Below, in pieces: positions 16,103 through 24,000 of a stretch of DNA of 24,000 nt. The notes beneath the pieces are model-generated. The model did no database searches, was not told the origin of the DNA, and saw only the letters and a program-made list of their open reading frames with translations. The stretch comes from Enterobacter quasihormaechei (lineage in GTDB: Bacteria; Pseudomonadota; Gammaproteobacteria; Enterobacterales; Enterobacteriaceae), in the NCBI RefSeq assembly GCF_004331385.1, contig NZ_SJON01000029.1, forward strand, positions 414-24,413, read 5' to 3'. The first letter of the stretch is position 1. Each line of letters starts with the position of its first letter. Made by a program: the position numbers and the translations under genes.

Positions 16103-16188
16103 CATCAAATTGACTGAATTAAATATTGATGATTAACTCACGTAAAGTATATTCATTCATGCAAATTACCTCCCACTAAACTTAGCCC

Positions 16189-17298
16189 ATGACAGGATCC
16201 ACCATGCTGAGCCAGCTGACCCTGCGCTTTCACAAAAAACTCATCGAGGCACTGAAAATTCGTGCCGGCCACGAAAACACCTCGGTGAATGCCCTGGCGG
16301 AACGCTTTCTCGACAGCGCGCTGAAAACCGCCGCCCCGGAGGACAGCTATCTGGCGCTGCTCGCCGATCGCGATGAGGCCATCCGCCAGATGTACCGCAA
16401 AATTATGCTCGGCCAGACCTTCGGCCTGGCGCCGGTCACCCGTGACGAACTGCGGCTGCTGCTCGGCCTGGCCCAGGAAGGCTGTGTCCACGGCCGCAAC
16501 CGGCTGGTGACCCGCCCGGCCCTGCAGATGCTGCTGGACATCACCGGGGAACTGCTGGCCTGGCAGACGGAACATAATATGCCTGTCGATCTGCCGTACC
16601 TGCAGGGCATTTTTCACCTGCAGGGAGTAGCGCCGGCCGCCGAATACACGGACTTTCTTGCGACGCTGCGTCAGCGTCCGATCATCGACCAGGGCTACGC
16701 CGAACGGCTGCTGCGCCCGCTGGCGTCACAGTGCTTCGATCTGCGTACCTTCCCGGAGGAGGCCCTGGCGCAGATCTTCATCCTGCCACGCCTGCAGGCG
16801 CTTTTCCCGCTGGCGCTGCGGGGCGAGTCCTGGTGCGAGGAGGATGCGCGCCAGCTGGCAGAGGCCACTCACCCCGTGATCCCGGCAGTCAGGGAGACGA
16901 TAGAAGCGGGTACACTGCGGTTTGATATTCAGGTGGACGGACAGGAGATCGCCCCGCGGCCCGGCGGCTGGTATGAAGTTCCGCGCCTGCACCTGCTGAT
17001 CACCGGCCAGGATTTTGTCGTCCCGTTCGGCTGGGCCCATTTCTCGGAGCTGCTGGGCCTGTTCACCCTGTATGCCCGTCATCCGGACGCACTCGCGCAT
17101 GGCCACCACGGTGAGCACGTGATGTTCTCACCACCGGGTAACGCCTCAAAGGACGGCTTTTTTGGCCTCGACGGGCTGCGGATCTTCCTGCCGCCAGACG
17201 ACTTCGAAACGCTGATTCGTGAGCTGGTTGCGCGCTGCAGTGAAGGAATCCTGGCTGATGCGCTGAATGGTCTGCGTGGCCTGTACGGAGATCTGTAA
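16189..17298 (+). CDS. pifC: PifC-like transcriptional repressor (369 aa)
   Basis: MTGSTMLSQLTLRFHKKLIEALKIRAGHENTSVNALAERFLDSALK... and ...GLRIFLPPDDFETLIREL...LNGLRGLYGDL match recalled F-plasmid PifC. Immediately upstream of the pifA-like gene. Confidence 0.85.
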   Translation: MTGSTMLSQLTLRFHKKLIEALKIRAGHENTSVNALAERFLDSALKTAAPEDSYLALLADRDEAIRQMYRKIMLGQTFGLAPVTRDELRLLLGLAQEGCVHGRNRLVTRPALQMLLDITGELLAWQTEHNMPVDLPYLQGIFHLQGVAPAAEYTDFLATLRQRPIIDQGYAERLLRPLASQCFDLRTFPEEALAQIFILPRLQALFPLALRGESWCEEDARQLAEATHPVIPAVRETIEAGTLRFDIQVDGQEIAPRPGGWYEVPRLHLLITGQDFVVPFGWAHFSELLGLFTLYARHPDALAHGHHGEHVMFSPPGNASKDGFFGLDGLRIFLPPDDFETLIRELVARCSEGILADALNGLRGLYGDL

Positions 17299-17300
17299 CC

Positions 17301-19556
17301 ATGGCTCATTCAACAGAACCGCAGTTGTCCGGAAAACACCCCGACCGGGCCGTCAGCACACCGGAGGAAGATCGCTACGGATTTACCTACATTGCCACCG
17401 AGCTAGCCCGTGCCATTCAGGGGATCGGACGGGAGGGCAGTGCCGTAGTTGGTATCGAAGGAGCCTGGGGGACGGGAAAAACCAGCCTCCTGAACCTGCT
17501 GCGCACGGCACTGGATGAACAGAAAGAAGAACGGACGTATGTCCTGAGCATTTCCCCCTGGCTTGACGGCAGTGATACGTCACTGGTGGCATCACTTCTG
17601 TTGCCGGTCGCAGGCATCATTGCCGAAGAAGAAAAAAAACGGCTTACAGACGTCGAACGGGCAGATCTTAAAGAGAAGGAAATGCTGACTGACACTACCC
17701 GCACGCTCATGGATTACACCCGAGCGACCGCCCGAAGACTGGCTCCGCTCGCGCAGATCGCCGCCGTGATACCCGGGGTCCCCGATGCCAGCGGAGCCCT
17801 GAAAGCCCTGTCGGATTCGGACTGGCTGAAAGGAAAAGAAAAAACCACGGCAGAAATGCGCGCCGAAATCGCAAAGAAAATCGCGGAGCTGGATCTGAGT
17901 TTCATCGTCCTGCTGGACGATCTTGACCGTCTTGAACCGGCGCAGGCGGTGGAGGTGGTCAGGCTGGTGAAATCGGTCGCCGATTTTCCCCGTTTTCGCT
18001 ACCTGCTCTGTTATGACAAAGCTGTCCTGTCACAGGCTATCAGTCAGGGGCTGGGGATTCCTGATGGCGACCTGTATTTACAGAAAATTGTGCAGATCTC
18101 CTTCGGATTGCCGCGTCCGGAAACCTTTGTGCTGCGCCGGCAATTCAGGGAAGAGGCCATCAGGTTATACGAAACGGTAAACGGGCAAGCCGCAGAGCCA
18201 GTTATGCGGGCCGCTCTGACGAGCGTCGCCGACATTTATGGTGCAGCACTAAAAACCCCCAGGGAGGTCCGGATAGCCATTAATGCGCTGGAATTCCGCT
18301 ATGCGAGCATGCGGGACTATGTTTATTTCCCGGATCTGTGCTTTCTGCAACTGCTCCGCACCACGAATGTCGGCCTGTATGACTGGGTGGAAGCATACCT
18401 GTCTGAACGGGCAGTGGTGGAGTCCGGCGAAGGCTATGTCAGTGAAGAAGAGCTGAAAGTAATGACCGGGAGCCTGCAGACTCACCTGTCCCGATATTTT
18501 CCTGACTCAGCGCATACCATCGATGCGCTGAGTCAGTGGGTTCCGGGGATCTCTACCGGGGTGACGGACCTTTCCATCCAGCTGTTCAGGACGGGAAACG
18601 AACAGGAAAAATCCTTGCTGACCGCAGGAAGGCGGCTGGGTAGCCTGACGTACTGGCGATACTATTTCGCCTTTTCGGCCCCGCAAAACGTCCTGCAACC
18701 GGAGGTTTTCGACAAAATCTTCGCGGTGGCAGGTCATCCGGGAAAACAGCAGGAACTCGCCGAATTGTTGCTGGGGTATATCCAGAACATAAATTTATCT
18801 TCCAGGACCTGGTTTGAGCACATACTGACCCAGCTGACCCAGCCACATATCGCATCCCGCACTCCCGCTGAATGCCGCGGTTTGCTGCGATTCTTCCTGG
18901 ACTACGGCGATGAAATGCTAAGGCGCTACCAGGCGGAAGATCCGCGATTTGAGTTGCATGACCTGGACACCTACAGCGTGGCTGACCGCCTCATCAGGCG
19001 GATGTTACAGGATAATGCAGACGATACCCTGGTCTTCCTGACAGAACTGACCCGGAACGGCCGGGCCTGGTACTGGATGACAGAATATGTGCATCACCTG
19101 CTGTGGCAACACGGGATGGCCGGGGGCATATCGAAAGATGAACAGGAAGAGTGGATGTCTCAGGACACATTAGAGACGTTTCGGGACACGCTTGGTTTCA
19201 GGCTGAACAGTACAGCCATCACCGATAAACTGCCGGATTTCACCCTGCTGAACAGGTATATCCATGCATGGTGTGACATTAGCGGAGTGCACGCCGTACG
19301 GGAATGGGTGACCTCTCAGATCCAGGAAGATGAGGCTTTTCTGAAGTTGCTTTTACAATTGCGGGATCATCGCACCAAATCAGTAAAGAGGGGGTACCGT
19401 ACCCTGAAACTGGCCAGCCTGACCGAAATTCTGGGGGAGGAAGAGCTGATTAAAATACGTATCAGGCATATCAAAAAGACAGGCTATTATGCAGAACTGG
19501 TTGCCCAGGTCGAGCAAGCCATTGCAGGATTCCGGTACTCACAATCCGATCGCTAA
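17301..19556 (+). CDS. pifA: PifA-like KAP-family P-loop NTPase (T7 phage exclusion)
   Basis: Walker A GIEGAWGTGKTSLLNLL, KAP-style Walker B FIVLLDDLDRLEP, 751 aa intact, 2 nt downstream of pifC. Confidence 0.85.
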   Translation: MAHSTEPQLSGKHPDRAVSTPEEDRYGFTYIATELARAIQGIGREGSAVVGIEGAWGTGKTSLLNLLRTALDEQKEERTYVLSISPWLDGSDTSLVASLLLPVAGIIAEEEKKRLTDVERADLKEKEMLTDTTRTLMDYTRATARRLAPLAQIAAVIPGVPDASGALKALSDSDWLKGKEKTTAEMRAEIAKKIAELDLSFIVLLDDLDRLEPAQAVEVVRLVKSVADFPRFRYLLCYDKAVLSQAISQGLGIPDGDLYLQKIVQISFGLPRPETFVLRRQFREEAIRLYETVNGQAAEPVMRAALTSVADIYGAALKTPREVRIAINALEFRYASMRDYVYFPDLCFLQLLRTTNVGLYDWVEAYLSERAVVESGEGYVSEEELKVMTGSLQTHLSRYFPDSAHTIDALSQWVPGISTGVTDLSIQLFRTGNEQEKSLLTAGRRLGSLTYWRYYFAFSAPQNVLQPEVFDKIFAVAGHPGKQQELAELLLGYIQNINLSSRTWFEHILTQLTQPHIASRTPAECRGLLRFFLDYGDEMLRRYQAEDPRFELHDLDTYSVADRLIRRMLQDNADDTLVFLTELTRNGRAWYWMTEYVHHLLWQHGMAGGISKDEQEEWMSQDTLETFRDTLGFRLNSTAITDKLPDFTLLNRYIHAWCDISGVHAVREWVTSQIQEDEAFLKLLLQLRDHRTKSVKRGYRTLKLASLTEILGEEELIKIRIRHIKKTGYYAELVAQVEQAIAGFRYSQSDR

Positions 19557-21097
19557 GGCCCTGGCGGGGCCTTATGCATGCATAGCGGACTGTACCATCG
19601 ATAAAAATCGGCGGCAGGCATGGGCCTGCCATAATAATATCCCTGCACGTACGGCACCTGATTTTTAATCAGCCAGTCAACCTGATGTGCTGCCGTCACG
19701 CCCTCCGCAATGGTGGTAAGGTTCAGACGCCTGCTGAGGCCGACAATGGTGTCCAGTACCGGTGTGTCCACATCGGCTGACGTCAGGCTGTCGATGAATA
19801 TTTTGTCTATTTTCAGGTAATCCACCGGCAGGCTCTGAAGCAGGCTCAGTGAGCAGTAGCCCGTACCAAAATCATCCACGGCCACCTGACAGCCTTTCTG
19901 ACGTAGCTCATTGAGTTTCACTGATGCCGTCTCTGTGTCCTCAACCAGGCTGCGCTCGGTAATTTCCAGCACCAGGCGAAATGCGGCGTCCAGAGATACC
20001 CGCAGTCTCAGAACATCAGCAGTAAACGACCGGTCCGCCAGGTGAGGGGCAGCAATATTGACACCCAGATGGAAAGGGGCGTTCACCTGCCAGACTCTGA
20101 CATCCTCTTCTATCAGGCCAAACAAATGCTGCGTCAGACTGATAATCAGACCTTCCTCTTCAGCGGCCCGGATAAATACCTCCGGTGAAATACTCCTGCC
20201 GTCGGGACGTTGCCAGCGCATCAGGGCTTCGGCGCCGGAGCAGATGCCAGTTTCGGTGTCACAGAACGGCTGGTAGTGCACGCTGAATTCGCCATCTGCC
20301 ATCCCTTTCCTGATTTCTTCTGCCAGAGACATCTTTCTGGTATCCCAGAGGCGCCACATGTACAGCATGGCTAACGTCAGAAGCAAAGACAGGGGGCCGA
20401 GGAAAATCAGGTTGCGCAGGATGTAATGGCGAAGCGACAGCGGCGGGGTAAGGATCCGAAGCTGCGCCTGACTCACATCAGAGCTGAACTCAGCGGTGAA
20501 CACTTTGGATCGGGGGGCGGTTTTCTCCTGACCGGAAATGATGGGTCCGCCATTAAAGCGGAGCTGCTGAGCCGAATGATCCTCATCATCCAGGGAGTCC
20601 ATCAGGTCCACGAAATACCGTGCATCCACCACACTGAACGCCGTGGTCCGGTTGCCGACGCCGAATGCGTAGATAACTGCAGCATGGCCTGGCACGCTGC
20701 TGGTTCCTTCTGTAGCGATGACTTTCATCCGACCCGGAGGGGCTGAAACGGTAACACCGAAAATATCATCGGCACTTTGCTGCCTGGCACCGGTCACGGA
20801 TGAACAGATTAATATACCATCCCGGATAAGTCCGGTGCTGCGGATATAGGGCGTCAGGGCCCCGTTCTCCGTCATCTGCTGCAGGACGCTTTCACAGGGC
20901 CGCGTGGAAAGCCTGGCAGTCACCAGATTCGCGCGCAGGGCAATGGATGTGATGTGGTCGACCTGGCTCATCAGAATACCCGCCGTCACGGCAGTGTCCC
21001 TGTCCAGCTGTCGATAAGCCATACCTGATGACAATAGTGTGATCAGGAGTGCGGGCACGAGAATTCCGGCAGCCAGCACCGATTTTCTAAATTTCAT
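19553..21097 (-). CDS. CSS-motif / EAL-domain cyclic-di-GMP phosphodiesterase (514 aa)
   Basis: N-terminal TM, periplasmic region with ILICSSVTG, second TM (NLIFLGPLSLLLTLAMLYMW), then GAEALMRWQ, NIAAPHL, LEITE, VAVDDFGTGYCSL, LKIDKIFID and IAEGV. EAL catalytic motifs all present. Confidence 0.92.
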   Translation of the reverse strand: MKFRKSVLAAGILVPALLITLLSSGMAYRQLDRDTAVTAGILMSQVDHITSIALRANLVTARLSTRPCESVLQQMTENGALTPYIRSTGLIRDGILICSSVTGARQQSADDIFGVTVSAPPGRMKVIATEGTSSVPGHAAVIYAFGVGNRTTAFSVVDARYFVDLMDSLDDEDHSAQQLRFNGGPIISGQEKTAPRSKVFTAEFSSDVSQAQLRILTPPLSLRHYILRNLIFLGPLSLLLTLAMLYMWRLWDTRKMSLAEEIRKGMADGEFSVHYQPFCDTETGICSGAEALMRWQRPDGRSISPEVFIRAAEEEGLIISLTQHLFGLIEEDVRVWQVNAPFHLGVNIAAPHLADRSFTADVLRLRVSLDAAFRLVLEITERSLVEDTETASVKLNELRQKGCQVAVDDFGTGYCSLSLLQSLPVDYLKIDKIFIDSLTSADVDTPVLDTIVGLSRRLNLTTIAEGVTAAHQVDWLIKNQVPYVQGYYYGRPMPAADFYRWYSPLCMHKAPPGP

Positions 21098-21280
21098 TAT
21101 TCATCCTGTAGGTGGTTTCATAAATACCCTATCACCACTTAATGGCTTGTTAAGCATTAAATCACCCTTGTTTCATGGTTATTTAAGAAAGTAAAACCAT
21201 CCTGGGGTAATCTGTAATGAATATGAATCGCCACGGGTTTAACAGACACCTCAGAGTCATTTAAGATGACTTAAAGAGAG

Positions 21281-21565
21281 GTGCCCATGAGCGGTAAACG
21301 TTATCCCGAAGAGTTTAAAATTGAAGCAGTCAAGCAGGTTATTGATCGCGGTCATTCTGTTTCCAGCGTTGCAACACGTCTCGATATCACCACCCACAGC
21401 CTTTACGCCTGGATAAAGAAGTACGGTCCGGACTCATCCACTAATAAAGAACAGTCAGATGCTCAGGCCGAGATCCGCCGACTCCAGAAGGAACTGAAGC
21501 GGGTTACTGACGAACGGGACATATTAAAAAAAGCCGCGGCGTACTTCGCAAAGCTGTCCGACTGA
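21281..21565 (+). CDS. IS3-family transposase OrfA (HTH)
   Basis: MSGKRYPEEFKIEAVKQVIDRG...LDITTHSLYAWIKKYG...ILKKAAAYFAKLSD (displayed from the ATG at 21281-proximal start; the track ORF begins MPMSGKR). Confidence 0.93.
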   Translation: MPMSGKRYPEEFKIEAVKQVIDRGHSVSSVATRLDITTHSLYAWIKKYGPDSSTNKEQSDAQAEIRRLQKELKRVTDERDILKKAAAYFAKLSD

Positions 21566-21621
21566 GGTACGCCTTTATTCGTGACAACTCCCGTTGCTGG
21601 CCTGTTCGTCTGCTCTGCAGG

Positions 21622-22434
21622 GTGCTGGATGTTCATCCCAGTGGCTTTTACGCCTGGTTTAAGCAACCGTATTCTCAGCACCACCAGGTAGATTTGAGAC
21701 TGACGGGACAGATCAAACAGTTTTGGCTGGAGTCCGGTTGCGTTTATGGTTATCGCAAGATCCATCTGGACTTACGGGATAGCGGGCAACAGTGCGGAGT
21801 GAACAGAGTCTGGCGACTGATGAATCGTGCCGGGATAAAGGCTCAGGTCGGGTACCGGAGCCCTCGGGCACGCAAAGGCGAGGCCAGTATCGTGTCACCC
21901 GACAGGCTCCAACGACAGTTCAATCCGGATGCTCCGGATGAGCGTTGGGTAACGGACATAACCTACATCAGGACTCACGAAGGCTGGCTGTATCTGGCCG
22001 TGATTGTTGATCTGTTCTCACGCAAAATTATCGGCTGGTCAATGCAATCCCGGATGACAAAGGACATTGTCCTGAACGCACTGCTGATGGCTGTATGGCG
22101 GCGTAATCCTCAAAGACCGGTGCTGGTTCACTCGGACCAGGGCAGTCAGTACACAAGCCATGAGTGGCAGTCGTTCCTGAAATCACACGGCCTGGAAGGG
22201 AGTATGAGCCGTCGCGGTAACTGTCACGATAACGCGGTTGCAGAAAGCTTTTTCCAGTTACTGAAACGCGAGCGGATAAAGAAAAAGATCTACGGAACGC
22301 GGGAAGAAGCCCGCAGCGATATTTTTGATTACATCGAAATGTTTTATAACAGTAAGCGTCGGCATGGTTCGAGCAATCAGATGTCACCGACAGAATATGA
22401 AAACCAGTATTATCAACGGCTCGGAAGTGTCTAG
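21622..22434 (+). CDS. IS3-family transposase OrfB (DDE integrase core)
   Basis: WVTDITYI ... VLVHSDQGSQYTS ... SFFQLLKRERI (DDE). Probably made as an OrfAB fusion by -1 slippage at the A7 tract 21526-21532. Confidence 0.93.
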   Translation: MLDVHPSGFYAWFKQPYSQHHQVDLRLTGQIKQFWLESGCVYGYRKIHLDLRDSGQQCGVNRVWRLMNRAGIKAQVGYRSPRARKGEASIVSPDRLQRQFNPDAPDERWVTDITYIRTHEGWLYLAVIVDLFSRKIIGWSMQSRMTKDIVLNALLMAVWRRNPQRPVLVHSDQGSQYTSHEWQSFLKSHGLEGSMSRRGNCHDNAVAESFFQLLKRERIKKKIYGTREEARSDIFDYIEMFYNSKRRHGSSNQMSPTEYENQYYQRLGSV

Positions 22435-22746
22435 ATTATCCGTGGCGATTCAATATAATCGCAGAGTTCAGATTGGGTAAATATTTTTGAACAGATTTGA
22501 CATTGCGCTGACAATCTTGGCGTTGCTTATCATTGCCGCAGAAACCTGGTTTTGCTCGGCCAGTGTGGTGTGGCGTATGGGAATGATGATAAGTCTTTAT
22601 CTGCTGCAGTGAGAAAAAGTATGCCAGTTATGGCCACGAAGTAAAAATTGCTGCGGGGACCACCAACCAGCGACAGACCAATAAGGAAAACAGAGTAATG
22701 GCTCTCAAAATGAATATTCTAATATTCGCTCTCGCGATGACAAGTT

Positions 22747-23375
22747 TTAGCTGACCGCCTCACTAATCCCATTACTCATGAATCCTTCCTGGATACCCGG
22801 TAGCCCTTTATTTCGTTCATAGACAAACCGTAAAAAAGAAGGCTGTCTCAATCCCGTTTTGTTCAGAATATTCTGGCGATGTGCATATAACGTTTTGACT
22901 GGTATTTCAATTAACAGGGCAATCTCATTAATGTGTAAATCAGATACAAAATATGGCAGCACACGACTCTCTGTATGCGTCAGGTATATACCCTCGGCGC
23001 GCTCACCTTGCGACTCAGGACACTGCAGTATCTGGTTTAACTCACATGAAGCGAGGCTAATGTCTGTTTTATCGAAACAGTTCTACTCCCTAGAATTCCT
23101 TTCGGGAACACCCGACCAGTAACCTTTCCTGTTAGCCAAATCAAGGTGGCATCTGATCTTTCTGTTCGAATTTCATTTAGCGCTGACCAGTCACCCCGGA
23201 AAATGATATGGCTATCAATAATGACAAGTATTCGATCAGCGCCTTTAATGCTATCTGGCAGACTGCAATGATTAAAGCATAACTGCAGGCAGGTTATATC
23301 TCGCATTAAAGCGGAAAGTACTCTGTACAGCCGAAAATTATCCGTCAGGATGACTACCAATAATTCACTATTCAC
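22747..23375 (-). pseudogene. Frameshifted LuxR-type HTH transcriptional regulator
   Basis: N-terminal part is the 23375-23037 ORF. The C-terminal HTH (YLTHTESRVLPYFVSDLHINEIALLIEIPVKTLYAHRQNILNKTGLRQ) is open in another frame from ~23084 downwards. A frame change near 23075-23085 would join them. Confidence 0.72.
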
Positions 23376-23538
23376 TATTCACGAATTGCGTTCTCTTTTA
23401 AATGAAAAATAATGAAGTTATAAATTAACCCTGGGTGAATTAACGAAGTCTGGCCGCCATCCGGCGGCCAGACAGTCATTCAGCGATAGATAAAAGTCGT
23501 ATTCACTTCATCGTTTCTGTATGACAAAATCCGGATAT

Positions 23539-24000
<462 letters not shown>

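Larger units (their letters stand above)
21224..22452 (+). mobile_element. Complete IS3-family insertion sequence (1229 bp)
   Basis: IRL TGAATCGCCACGGGTTTAACAGACAC and IRR (revcomp) TGAATCGCCACGGATAATCTAGACAC. Flanking 3-bp direct repeat ATA (21221-21223 and 22453-22455). OrfA/OrfB with -1 frameshift window. Confidence 0.95.

Noticed and set aside
22859-23122. 87-aa plus-strand ORF
   Set aside because: It is antisense to the HTH part of the frameshifted LuxR regulator.

Overview
The window looks like the backbone of a large enterobacterial plasmid, with a more chromosome-like or accessory segment at the right end. From left to right:
(1) A leading-region-type block: two DUF1380-like genes, klcA/ArdB antirestriction, an orphan DNA methyltransferase, and three copies of a ~150-190 bp structured intergenic repeat.
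(2) A type II partition operon (stbA/parM actin-like plus a 220-aa StbB that appears to be an internally duplicated adaptor), with a CTCA/TGAG-rich candidate centromere.
(3) LexA-controlled umuDC.
(4) An iteron replicon of F/RepE-like architecture: DnaA boxes, five 22-bp-spaced iterons, an inverted-repeat operator, rep, and a downstream array of about sixteen 36-bp iterons.
(5) A second partition cassette of parF/parG type, bracketed by AAATCATGATTT palindromes.
(6) A 427-aa protein with a Cys/His N-terminus and a possible nuclease-like C-terminus.
(7) A ResD-type tyrosine recombinase and several unknown genes.
(8) pifC-pifA, the F-type T7 exclusion system based on a KAP NTPase.
(9) A convergent CSS-EAL c-di-GMP phosphodiesterase whose stop codon overlaps that of pifA.
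(10) A complete 1229-bp IS3-family element with 3-bp target duplication, then a frameshifted LuxR-type regulator and the C-terminus of a GH1 6-phospho-beta-glucosidase.
The observations most worth following up are the structured leading-region repeats, a short orphan transcription unit at 3945-4041, the duplicated StbB, the split iteron architecture, the palindrome family around parFG, the pifA/EAL stop overlap, and the 427-aa protein. Family names come from recalled sequence patterns. No database search was run.
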